A stretch of 64,000 nt of DNA, taken from NCBI GenBank assembly GCA_046290495.1, contig JBKAGT010000005.1:1602270-1666269 (forward strand). The letters are read 5' to 3'. Below the pieces are notes generated by a model. That model saw nothing but the letters and a program-made list of their open reading frames with translations. It did no database searches and was not told the DNA's origin. The position numbers were made by a program, and so were the translations under genes. Below, piece after piece: positions 9,150 to 19,172 of the stretch (positions are counted from its first letter, which is position 1; each line of letters starts with the position of its first letter). The stretch is from Chlorobiota bacterium (lineage in GTDB: Bacteria; Bacteroidota; Ignavibacteria; Kapaibacteriales; UBA2268).

Positions 9150-9928
9150 TGCTCAGCAAATTTTAGTGAAAATTCTAATCTCTTTAATTTATAGTGTATA
9201 TTTGACTCTAGTTCAAAACTGTAAAAGTTTAAAGTTTTTCCTCTATCTAATACTTCTAATGCAAACTTGTCATTCAATCCAGAAGAATTAATAAATTCGA
9301 TAACGTTGAAGGGAATTCTTCTGCCATTGAAATCAGCACTTCTATCACCAGTTGTTATTTTATAGTCTGAGTATAATTCAGATTTAACTTTATCATTATA
9401 ATAAATATGAAATTCTGAACCGTCATTATCTTTAGTATAGTTTCCAATAATTACTAACTTTAAGTTATCATAGCCACTTAAAGCAATCGTATCATTATAC
9501 TGACTTGTAAAGACTTGTGTTTTTACTAAATCTCCATTTTTATTAAATACTTTTAAATCTATTCTTTTGGATAGCTTTATAAACTCATACTTATAATCGG
9601 ATCTATATTTTTTATACACATCTTCAGAAATAAATCTCTTCACATGCGAATAAGAATTAAATGGTATTTTTTCATTGAGAGTAATTATTGAACAGTCATT
9701 TTCTACTCTAATATTACAATCAACATCTAAAAAGTCAGAAGATATCGGTCTCAGATACATCTTATCACTATTATCGAACAATATACCTAATAAAGGCATA
9801 TAACTTTCAAAATCTAATTCAGACTTACTAATTAGAGCATCTCTATAATCAATAGGTATAAAAATCTCATTAGATTTTAGAACATTCACTTGCACTGACA
9901 ATAGAAATATACATATAATGTATTTCAT
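9146..9928 (-). CDS. hypothetical secreted protein
   Basis: 260-aa ORF with an N-terminal signal peptide. No recognisable domain. Confidence 0.55.
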   Translation of the reverse strand: MKYIICIFLLSVQVNVLKSNEIFIPIDYRDALISKSELDFESYMPLLGILFDNSDKMYLRPISSDFLDVDCNIRVENDCSIITLNEKIPFNSYSHVKRFISEDVYKKYRSDYKYEFIKLSKRIDLKVFNKNGDLVKTQVFTSQYNDTIALSGYDNLKLVIIGNYTKDNDGSEFHIYYNDKVKSELYSDYKITTGDRSADFNGRRIPFNVIEFINSSGLNDKFALEVLDRGKTLNFYSFELESNIHYKLKRLEFSLKFAEQ

Positions 9929-9960
9929 TTTATCTATCTAATTATTTTATTCAGCAATTA

Positions 9961-9999
9961 TCCAATATAACAAAAAAGCAGTACCTATTTAAAGATACT
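9961..9999. repeat. 39-nt repeat, copy 2 (tccaatataacaaaaaagcagtacctatttaaagatact)
   Basis: Near-identical to 8225..8263. Sits 33 nt upstream of the minus-strand start codon at 9928 and overlaps the hslU terminator hairpin. Confidence 0.8.
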
Positions 10000-10002
10000 G
10001 CT
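9971..10002 (-). terminator. rho-independent terminator of hslVU
   Basis: Stem agcagta (9977..9983) / tactgct (9996..10002). On the minus strand it is followed by TTTTTT (complement of 9972..9977). Lies 70 nt after the hslU stop. Confidence 0.5.
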
Positions 10003-10071
10003 TTCGATACTTCTTAATCAGCTTTTTTGCCTGGACTCTTCGGTCGCTATGCTCCCTCTGAGTGACGATCA

Positions 10072-11436
10072 CTAAAGTATATACTTACTCAAATCTGTGC
10101 TAGTAGCAATCTCGTCCAGATGATCTTTTACGAATTGGGCATCTATGGAAAGTGCCTCTTCGTCTATGTCAGCTGGAGCATTGTATAGTATATCTTCGAG
10201 CAATGTAGTGAGTATAGTGTGTAATCTACGTGCACCTATATTTGTTACTTCCTCGTTTACATTGGCAGCTGTTTTAGCTATTTGGCTAATGCCACTATCG
10301 TCAAATTCTAACTTCACACCTTCTGTTTCCAGTAATGCTTGATATTGCTTTATCAATGCATTCTTAGGCACTGTTAATATCTTAACAAAGTCTTCCTCAG
10401 TTAGTGAGTTCAGCTCTACCCTGATTGGGAAACGCCCTTGCAATTCGGGAATCAAATCAGATGGTTTAGACACGTGGAATGCACCTGAAGCTATGAACAG
10501 GATGTGATCCGTATGCACTATTCCATGCTTCGTGTTCACCGATGAGCCCTCGACTATTGGGAGCAAGTCACGCTGAACACCCTCGCGTGACACCTCGCCA
10601 CCACCAGACTTCGAGTTGTTTACTGCTACCTTATCAATCTCATCTATGAATACTATACCAGAGTTCTGGGTACGAGCAAGCGCCTCTTTAACAACAGCAT
10701 CCATATCAATCAGCTTGTCCGCCTCTTCTTTAATCAAAAGTGGAAGAGCATCTTTAATTTTTATCTTCCGCTTCTTGCGTTTTTTGGGCATCATATTGCC
10801 GAGCATTTCTTGTATGTTAATGCCCATATCGTCCATACCCATTGGCCCCATTACTGCCATTCCAGATGGCCCTTGCTGAGTCAACTCAAGCTCTATTTCG
10901 CGGTCATCCATTACGCCATTTTTCAGCATAGCACGGAATTTTTCGCGAGTGTCTTTGTTGTCCTCTTCCTCTGCATCATCATCTTTGACAGGTGGGATAA
11001 GTATGTCTAATATCCTATCCTCGGCATTCTTTTCTGCCTTAGTTTTTATCTTCTCTTCTTGCTCTTCTTTCACCATCTTAACAGCAGATTCCATCAGGTC
11101 ACGAATCATCGATTCCACGTCACGACCTACATATCCAACTTCAGTGAACTTAGTCGCCTCTACTTTAATGAATGGAGCACAAGCAAGGCGAGCCAATCTT
11201 CGTGCTATCTCTGTTTTACCAACACCAGTTGGCCCGATTAGGATAATATTATTAGGCATTATCTCATCACGGATTTCCGTTTGTACATTCTGGCGACGCC
11301 ATCTATTACGAAGAGCAATAGCAACTGCCTTCTTGGCGTTGTCTTGTCCAATAATATATTTATTAAGTTCAGTGACTATTTGCTTAGGAGTAAGTATATC
11401 CTGAGGTATAGCCAGTTTTGGTTCGTTGTTACTCAT
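10072..11436 (-). CDS. hslU: ATP-dependent protease ATPase subunit HslU
   Basis: 454 aa with full-length HslU-like sequence. Walker A motif [15 protein letters not shown] and the characteristic acidic I-domain insertion. Lies 9 nt downstream of hslV. Confidence 0.95.
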   Translation of the reverse strand: MSNNEPKLAIPQDILTPKQIVTELNKYIIGQDNAKKAVAIALRNRWRRQNVQTEIRDEIMPNNIILIGPTGVGKTEIARRLARLACAPFIKVEATKFTEVGYVGRDVESMIRDLMESAVKMVKEEQEEKIKTKAEKNAEDRILDILIPPVKDDDAEEEDNKDTREKFRAMLKNGVMDDREIELELTQQGPSGMAVMGPMGMDDMGINIQEMLGNMMPKKRKKRKIKIKDALPLLIKEEADKLIDMDAVVKEALARTQNSGIVFIDEIDKVAVNNSKSGGGEVSREGVQRDLLPIVEGSSVNTKHGIVHTDHILFIASGAFHVSKPSDLIPELQGRFPIRVELNSLTEEDFVKILTVPKNALIKQYQALLETEGVKLEFDDSGISQIAKTAANVNEEVTNIGARRLHTILTTLLEDILYNAPADIDEEALSIDAQFVKDHLDEIATSTDLSKYIL

Positions 11437-11445
11437 TTTTCTCTC

Positions 11446-11988
11446 TTATATTTCTTCTATTGTTAGGTTAGTGTTGGTATAAATACAGATTTCACCAGCT
11501 ATATTCAGACCGTTTTCTACTATCTCTTTTGCAGTCATATCGGTGTTGTTGTACAGTGCCCTTGCAGCCGATAGTGCATAAGGCCCACCGGAGCCAATAG
11601 CTAATATATTGTCATCTGCTTCTATCACATCGCCAGTACCGCTTAGTAGCAAACCTTGTGTGTCATCCATTGCTATCATCATAGCTTCCAACTTACGTAA
11701 GTATCTGTCCGTTCTCCAATCTTTTGCCAGCTCAATCGCAGCACGCTTCAAGTTACCACTGTGTGCCTCTAACTTCGATTCAAACCTTCCCAAAAGAGTG
11801 AAGGCATCTGCTGTAGAGCCCGCGAACCCCACCATTACTTTTCCATTGTACAGCTTCCTGATTTTTGCAGTGCTGTGCTTCATTATTGTATTGCCAAGCG
11901 TTACCTGACCGTCAGCACCAAGTGCAGTTTTACCATTGCGCACTACACCGAGCACAGTGGTCGATCTTATTTTTTTATCATCATTCAT
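11446..11988 (-). CDS. hslV: ATP-dependent protease subunit HslV
   Basis: 180 aa. N-terminal catalytic Thr context (..[11 protein letters not shown]..) and [14 protein letters not shown], typical of HslV. Confidence 0.95.
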   Translation of the reverse strand: MNDDKKIRSTTVLGVVRNGKTALGADGQVTLGNTIMKHSTAKIRKLYNGKVMVGFAGSTADAFTLLGRFESKLEAHSGNLKRAAIELAKDWRTDRYLRKLEAMMIAMDDTQGLLLSGTGDVIEADDNILAIGSGGPYALSAARALYNNTDMTAKEIVENGLNIAGEICIYTNTNLTIEEI

Positions 11989-12139
11989 TGTTTTCTTTTT
12001 CTATTTTTAATCTATAAAACATTCTATTTTCTAACAGAAAAATACAGACGAGCGTGCGAGATAATTGTTTAAAATGGGTGTGAAAAAAGTTGGGGGGGGC
12101 TTTTGGCTAAAGTAGAGTTACTTTGTCAATTTGAGCGAA

Positions 12140-14107
12140 CTACTTGTTATGTAATAAATAATTTGACAACTCATTAAGAAAATATTTATTATCGAAAAAT
12201 CTAGCATACAGACTATTTTGGGGAATACAATTATTAATAAACTTTGAAAATGAAACATCATAAGAATAAAAATATTTATTTTTGAATTCAAATATCCAAG
12301 GTAGATTCCATGGCGCAGAATTTAGATAATACTCTTTTGAGATGTTTAATGTGTCATTATTATCATTTACAATTGAAATTCTGAACCAATTATTAATTGT
12401 TGCATTTATATCATAGACATTATCAATGTAAGCTTTTATCTTTGAACTTTCTGTTTTATCTATTGTATCTATTAGGTTTTTATAATTTTCTCTTATACTA
12501 TCTATTTGATCTGAAGTTCTTTTTGTATCTTCTATTAGCTTATTATTTAGATATTCTAAAAACTCGCTTTTTACTTTTTCAGTAATTTTAAATTCTTTTA
12601 TTCCTGGTATTTTATAAGGGTTGTTGTTTATAGTTTTAAGAATTTCAACTAAATTTTCTTTTTTAAAGCTGTTGTTAAAAATAATTTCATTTGAATCAGA
12701 TGTTATATGAACATACTGCTCACTGTTAAACAAATTATGATTATCTTTTTTAAAATCTATTTTATGCTTTGACTTTCTATAACAACTTCTAAAACCAAAA
12801 TCAATGTTCAGGCTTTTAATATCGAAATTAAACAATTCTGAAAAGGGGTTTTTATGGAAAAACTGACTCAATTCTTTTTTCTCTAATTCATATTTATAAT
12901 TATTTCCATAACCATCCCAAAGTATCACATTATTCTTATTCTCAAAATAGAAATCATTAATATTAAAAGCTGTTGTTAATTCTCTACTCCATCTTCCGTT
13001 GCTATATCGTAGCAAATCTCGCCCACTTGCACCGTATTTATAACTGTCAATAACTCTAATGATATCTGGTTCTGGTATGCTATAATCTAATGTATAAGGT
13101 ATAACTTCTTTAAAGGTGTGTTCATTTATATAGAAAATCATATTATTCTGTGTAAGTACATACAACGAATTATTTACACTTTTTAAATCTTTTGGATAGC
13201 TTTGTAACTTTCTATTACTGATAATAATGCACTCTTTCATATTTTTAAATCTACAAATTTCTAAACTATCAGTAATTGCGAAAATTGTGTTGAGATGATT
13301 GTCTAATGCTATGTCAATAATATTTTTGTCAAAAAATCTCCAATTAATACTGTCTATATCAGAATAAAAAACTAATCCAGACTGTTTAACAATAATAGTC
13401 TCGTTCCAAATAAGAATTTTTTCAATTTTATCATTGGAGATATAATCTGCTTCTTCTGAGAACTGGTCTATTGGAGTCATTATATTTTCAAACGTATTCC
13501 AATTATCTCTTGTTTTGTACAACTCATTGTCTAAAGCACCAGCAAATCCATATAAGCTGTCAGACATAAAAATACTGTTAACCCTAGTAGAAGAATTAAA
13601 TGGTGATTTTAATTTTTTCCAATTTTTTCCAAAGTCTGATGTATAAAAAATATTGCCTGATGATCCGCCCATCCAGGCTTGACCATTATTATTAGTATAA
13701 ACGTCATATATCCACTGTCTACCACCAAAATCAGATTTAACCCATGTCTTACCTGCATCTGCAGTTAGATAATAACCATTTTTTCTAAAATCATTCTCTT
13801 TTGCAGAAATATACCCCGTCAATATCGCTGTATCTTTATTAAAAAATGAAATTCTATCAAGATTCGGATTTCCAGCACTATAAATATCTAAAGTATCATG
13901 AAAAGAATCGCCTTTATACCATAATGAATCAATTCCCCTAGTATAATAGGTTCTACTCATCGAAGTTGTAAGCCATATATTTCCATCAGGAGAAACTGAT
14001 AATTCATTCACTCCTCCAATTACTTCTAAATTAGCTCTTTTATCTTCTTTACTTTTTAAAATTAATATATGAGTAAGAAGTAATAAAATAGAAACAATTA
14101 CCCTCAT
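12140..14107 (-). CDS. secreted protein with N-terminal Asp-box/BNR-like beta-propeller region; C-terminal half unknown
   Basis: 655 aa with signal peptide. Asp-box-like motifs TADAGKTWVKS, TSDFGKNWKKL and KTRDNWNTF resemble Sortilin/Ycf48-like propellers. No domain recognised after ~aa 330. Confidence 0.5.
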   Translation of the reverse strand: MRVIVSILLLLTHILILKSKEDKRANLEVIGGVNELSVSPDGNIWLTTSMSRTYYTRGIDSLWYKGDSFHDTLDIYSAGNPNLDRISFFNKDTAILTGYISAKENDFRKNGYYLTADAGKTWVKSDFGGRQWIYDVYTNNNGQAWMGGSSGNIFYTSDFGKNWKKLKSPFNSSTRVNSIFMSDSLYGFAGALDNELYKTRDNWNTFENIMTPIDQFSEEADYISNDKIEKILIWNETIIVKQSGLVFYSDIDSINWRFFDKNIIDIALDNHLNTIFAITDSLEICRFKNMKECIIISNRKLQSYPKDLKSVNNSLYVLTQNNMIFYINEHTFKEVIPYTLDYSIPEPDIIRVIDSYKYGASGRDLLRYSNGRWSRELTTAFNINDFYFENKNNVILWDGYGNNYKYELEKKELSQFFHKNPFSELFNFDIKSLNIDFGFRSCYRKSKHKIDFKKDNHNLFNSEQYVHITSDSNEIIFNNSFKKENLVEILKTINNNPYKIPGIKEFKITEKVKSEFLEYLNNKLIEDTKRTSDQIDSIRENYKNLIDTIDKTESSKIKAYIDNVYDINATINNWFRISIVNDNNDTLNISKEYYLNSAPWNLPWIFEFKNKYFYSYDVSFSKFINNCIPQNSLYARFFDNKYFLNELSNYLLHNK

Positions 14108-14221
14108 TTGAAATACCTAACGCTTATAACCATTTGTGAACCATAATTTGAGTTAATATTTATAGGAGTAATTAATTTACAATTTTCCACATACCTTTAC
14201 AACAAATTAGAACACAATTCG

Positions 14222-14229
14222 TATTTTTG
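14222..14229 (+). promoter_or_regulatory. Bacteroidetes-type -7 promoter element (TATTTTTG, consensus TAnnTTTG) for groESL
   Basis: Exact match to TAnnTTTG, immediately abutting the CIRCE operator and 84 nt upstream of the groES ATG. Confidence 0.45.
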
Positions 14230-14256
14230 TTAGCACTCTAATTGCAAGAGTGCTAA
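14230..14256 (+). promoter_or_regulatory. CIRCE operator (HrcA binding site)
   Basis: Perfect TTAGCACTC-N9-GAGTGCTAA inverted repeat (ttagcactc taattgcaa gagtgctaa) upstream of groES. Confidence 0.9.
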
Positions 14257-14312
14257 TAGTTTTAAAAATCAATTTTTAATATATTTAAATAAGTTAATCG
14301 GAGGTTGTTAAA

Positions 14313-14600
14313 ATGGCTTTAACTCCATTGCACGACAGGGTGTTAGTTCGCCCACAAGCACCAGAAGAAAAAACAGCTGGTGGAATTATTATACCTGACA
14401 CTGCTAAAGAAAAACCACAAGAAGGTGTGGTAGTAGCAGTTGGTAACGGTAAAGTAAATGACGAAGGTAAAGTATTGCCTTTGGCTGTGAAAGAAGGAGA
14501 CAAAGTACTATACGGCAAGTATGGTGGCACTGAAATCAGTGTTGACGGCGAGGACTTACTTATCATGCGCGAGAGTGATATCTACGCAGTTATTTCATAA
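14313..14600 (+). CDS. groES: co-chaperonin GroES
   Basis: 95 aa. [12 protein letters not shown]...[16 protein letters not shown]...[13 protein letters not shown] is canonical Cpn10. Confidence 0.97.
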   Translation: MALTPLHDRVLVRPQAPEEKTAGGIIIPDTAKEKPQEGVVVAVGNGKVNDEGKVLPLAVKEGDKVLYGKYGGTEISVDGEDLLIMRESDIYAVIS

Positions 14601-14617
14601 TTTTAATTAGAATATAA

Positions 14618-16285
<1,668 letters not shown>

Positions 16286-16356
16286 TTTAGTCCCAAAAGC
16301 TCTGAATTTGGTCACTGAGCTTGTCGATGTGCCCAAAATTCGATCCCAAAACATAC

Positions 16357-16390
16357 AAACCCACTATCTAATCGGTAGTGGGTTTTTTTT
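16357..16390 (+). terminator. rho-independent terminator of groESL
   Basis: Stem acccacta (16359..16366) / tagtgggt (16376..16383), followed by a T8 run. Confidence 0.8.
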
Positions 16391-16432
16391 GTGCAAATAA
16401 TATTATTTCTGTAAATTAGTCTATTATTACAT

Positions 16433-16457
16433 TGTAGAGACGCATTGAATGCGTCTC
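16433..16457 (+). repeat. REP-like hairpin (tgta-gagacgcat-tga-atgcgtctc)
   Basis: Perfect 9-bp stem. It overlaps the first ATG of the transposase ORF. Confidence 0.75.
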
Positions 16458-17021
16458 CTTGCAAAACCAATAATGAAAGAGAAATATCAAGATAAATATA
16501 GGATACAATCTAATCGATTAAAGGGTTGGGACTATTCGGATGTTGGATACTACTACATCACAATATGCACTAAGGATAGAACCAATTATTTTGGTAAAAT
16601 TACAAACGGTTTGATGCAGCTTTCGGAAATCGGAATCATTTTAAAAAGCGAATGGCTCAGAACTCCAATTATTAGAAAAGATATGAATGTTGGGCTTGAC
16701 GAATTTATAATAATGCCTAACCACATACACGGAATAATAATTATTAATGGTGATGGTATGGAAAGTAAAAGAGACGTATGCAATACGTCTCTACAACCTG
16801 CATCAAATAGCATATCATCAATTGTAAGAGGTGTAAAAGCATCAGTAACATCTAAAGCAAGAAAGATAAACCCCAAATTTGGTTGGCAAGCTAATTACTA
16901 TGATCACATAATCAGAAATGAAAAATCATTATATGAAATAAGAAAATATATTATTGATAACCCGTTAAAGTGGGAATTGGATAAATATAATAATTCCAAT
17001 TATAATCATGAAAACACTTAG
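16449..17021 (+). CDS. REP-associated tyrosine transposase (RAYT; IS200/IS605-like Y1 HUH transposase)
   Basis: 190 aa. HUH motif in MPNHIHGIII, catalytic Tyr context WQANYYDHIIRNE, N-terminal GWDYS..GYYYITICT. The true start may be the ATG at 16473 (MKEKYQ...), because the first ATG lies inside the upstream hairpin. Confidence 0.85.
   Translation: MRLLAKPIMKEKYQDKYRIQSNRLKGWDYSDVGYYYITICTKDRTNYFGKITNGLMQLSEIGIILKSEWLRTPIIRKDMNVGLDEFIIMPNHIHGIIIINGDGMESKRDVCNTSLQPASNSISSIVRGVKASVTSKARKINPKFGWQANYYDHIIRNEKSLYEIRKYIIDNPLKWELDKYNNSNYNHENT
16771..16795 (-). repeat. REP-like hairpin inside the RAYT coding sequence (gagacgtat-gca-atacgtctc-taca)
   Basis: Perfect 9-bp stem plus the taca tail, in orientation opposite to the upstream copy. 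It encodes ..KRDVCNTSLQ.. in a segment between the HUH and Tyr motifs. Confidence 0.75.
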
Positions 17022-17057
17022 AGTGCCATTGAATGCGTATTATTTAAAAATAGATTA

Positions 17058-17084
17058 AGAGACGTGCTCAGCACGCCTCTACAT
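17058..17084 (-). repeat. REP-like hairpin downstream of RAYT (one mismatch in the stem)
   Basis: agagacgtgc-tca-gcacgcctct-aca. A half-copy (gccattgaatgcgta) lies at 17024..17039. Confidence 0.65.
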
Positions 17085-17147
17085 ACTGGTAGTAGGTTTT
17101 TTTTTGTGGGATGGTGTAAGATTCCAGAAAATTGTTAGTTTAATTAC

Positions 17148-17540
17148 ATGGTAAGCGCTAATAAAAAAATAATCCTCACATTTCTCTCTACATTTATAAT
17201 TCTATTAGCTGGAGGTCATGGTATAATTTCATTACCATTGGCTTTTATATACTATATAAATGATTCCAATTATACTAACATTCCTAATTTATTCTTCATT
17301 CTGTCCTATCTGCTAGGTTCATTATTTCTTATTTCAACTTTATTTACAAAAATCAATCTAAAAAAGAGTCTATTTTTAAAAGGTATATTATTCTACTCAC
17401 TTTCAATAATATTGATTCTGTTTCAAAGTGATGCACCTTTTATAACCTTTGTAACTTCAATTCCCTTTGTCTTATTAGCAAGAAGTACACACAAAAATCT
17501 ATCAAGTGATTCTGACTACAATTCTGATATAGATAAATAA
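17148..17540 (+). CDS. hypothetical small membrane protein
   Basis: 130-aa ORF with 3-4 hydrophobic segments. Confidence 0.45.
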   Translation: MVSANKKIILTFLSTFIILLAGGHGIISLPLAFIYYINDSNYTNIPNLFFILSYLLGSLFLISTLFTKINLKKSLFLKGILFYSLSIILILFQSDAPFITFVTSIPFVLLARSTHKNLSSDSDYNSDIDK

Positions 17541-17687
17541 TCTAGTCTCTTGTTTTCGAGAAACTCAAATGAGCTATCATAAATTTTATATCACACATAT
17601 CCACCACCAAATAGATAGACTTTTTTGTGGGAATTACGATTTTTCGCTATATTAAATTTCCATAAATCAAAAACTTAAAGGAGACCG

Positions 17688-18356
17688 ATGAAAATTGTAA
17701 AAATTCTATCGCTTATAGCGATACTAGTATTCTTTGCCTCATGTAAAGATGACACTACAAACCCTTCTGACAACACCACTCTTGACGCAGAAACAGGAGA
17801 ATTCTTCCCAGCGAGTCTCAATACAAAATGGACTTACGAGTTTGTTCAAAATGGCACTACTACAACTATGACTAGTACTATCACTGGAACAGAAGAGTAT
17901 AATGGGAAAACATATATTGTTGCTGAATCTGACTATAATGGCCAAATACAAAAAGGCCACATGAGAGTCGAAGATGGTAAATATTATTCACTTATCAAAG
18001 ATGGTACAACTTCAATAAAAGGCGATTTTGAATTGCTTCACGTAGATGAGAATGCAAATGAAGGTGATACTTGGAATATACCAACAGAAGTTAAAGTTCA
18101 AGGAACATCACAAACAATATCAACTTATTACGATGTAAAGCTAGAAGAGAAATTAGATAGCTATGAGGTAAGAGGTAATACCTACAATGACGTAATGGTA
18201 ATGCACTTGGTTCTGTCTGTTGATTATCCAAATGGTTTCACATTTTATATGGCAAATCAGAAATACTACTATGCACGAGGTGTCGGGGTAATCAAAAGTG
18301 TTTCTGTTGGTGGTGGCCAAACCATTACTCAAGAGTTAATTGAATTTGAAAAATAA
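17688..18356 (+). CDS. hypothetical lipoprotein (family with 18370..19029 and 37658..38377)
   Basis: 222 aa with lipobox (FFASC) and a Ser/Asp/Asn-rich linker. Shared blocks with its neighbour: GDTWNIP, KLDSYEVRGNTYNDV, YYARGVGVIK. Confidence 0.6.
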   Translation: MKIVKILSLIAILVFFASCKDDTTNPSDNTTLDAETGEFFPASLNTKWTYEFVQNGTTTTMTSTITGTEEYNGKTYIVAESDYNGQIQKGHMRVEDGKYYSLIKDGTTSIKGDFELLHVDENANEGDTWNIPTEVKVQGTSQTISTYYDVKLEEKLDSYEVRGNTYNDVMVMHLVLSVDYPNGFTFYMANQKYYYARGVGVIKSVSVGGGQTITQELIEFEK

Positions 18357-18369
18357 TATATATATAAAT

Positions 18370-19029
18370 ATGAAATACATTAAAGTCCTTTCCATCCTTT
18401 CAATTTTCCTATTATTCTCTGCTTGTAAAGAGAATTCATCGTCACCATCGGACAATGAAGATGACCCAAAGCCTGGTAGATATATTCCGTTGCAAATTGG
18501 AGCAGAATGGGAATATGAGATAACTCAAGCTAGTAGTAACTCGACTTATACTCTTAGAAATATAGGTGAAACAGAAAAAAACGGACATACTTGGACCGAA
18601 CAAATCACAACAGCAGCAAATGGCTCACAATCGTCTATTATCAGATTTGAGAATGGAAAATATATACAGTTTATAGCTAGCGGTACAGGAATAATCGTTA
18701 CAGATATGAACTTCATAGCATTAGATGAAAATGCAGAAATAGGTGACACTTGGGAAATCCCTCATAAAGTGATGTTTGCTGGGTCGAGTCCAATTGATGC
18801 TGCATATACTATGAAGATAGTTGAAAAATTAGAAAGTTATACTGTCAGAGGTACTAAGTACGAAGACGTAATTAGTGTAGATTTGAACTTAAGCTATTTC
18901 CCAAATGGTGGTACTGTTAACAGAATAAATCAAAGAACTTATTATGCTTCTAACGTTGGTGTAATAAAAGTTGAAGGATTTGGTCCCAGCACTGCTTATA
19001 CTCAAGAACTAATTAACTATACACCTTAA
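18370..19029 (+). CDS. hypothetical lipoprotein, tandem paralog of 17688..18356
   Basis: The ORF track starts at 18340, but the ATG at 18370 gives MKYIKVLSILSIFLLFSAC (signal peptide plus lipobox). Shared blocks: GDTWEIP, KLESYTVRGTKYEDV, YYASNVGVIK. Confidence 0.6.
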   Translation: MKYIKVLSILSIFLLFSACKENSSSPSDNEDDPKPGRYIPLQIGAEWEYEITQASSNSTYTLRNIGETEKNGHTWTEQITTAANGSQSSIIRFENGKYIQFIASGTGIIVTDMNFIALDENAEIGDTWEIPHKVMFAGSSPIDAAYTMKIVEKLESYTVRGTKYEDVISVDLNLSYFPNGGTVNRINQRTYYASNVGVIKVEGFGPSTAYTQELINYTP

Positions 19030-19050
19030 AATTTTATAAATTTATATCAC

Positions 19051-19082
19051 AAACCCACTATCGAAAGGTAGTGGGTTTTTTT
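19051..19082 (+). terminator. rho-independent terminator (same stem family as the groEL terminator)
   Basis: aaacccacta-tcgaaagg-tagtgggttttttt. Confidence 0.8.
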
Positions 19083-19172
19083 GTTGACTATTCTTTCCAT
19101 ATTTCAAAAACTCAAAACCTTATTTATTCGTATCTTTGTATAAATTTAGAATAACAAAAAAACAGAATAGAT

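Larger units (their letters stand above)
16433..17084 (+). mobile_element. RAYT module: REP-associated tyrosine transposase gene with flanking REP-like hairpins
   Basis: The gene is bracketed by tgtaGAGACGcattgaatgCGTCTC (16433..16457) and, in inverted orientation, aGAGACGtgctcagcacgCCTCTaca (17058..17084). A third hairpin lies inside the CDS. Confidence 0.7.

Noticed and set aside
10145-12072. Six plus-strand ORFs overlapping hslU and two (11609-11908, 11875-12072) overlapping hslV or its upstream region
   Set aside because: They are antisense shadows of two unambiguous housekeeping genes, Ser/Ile/Leu-rich with no motifs.
14294-14566. 90-aa minus-strand ORF overlapping groES
   Set aside because: It is antisense to canonical groES. 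Its Pro/Ser/Thr-rich translation is not protein-like.
16586-16876. 96-aa minus-strand ORF inside the RAYT gene
   Set aside because: The plus-strand frame carries the HUH and Tyr motifs, so the antisense ORF is a shadow.
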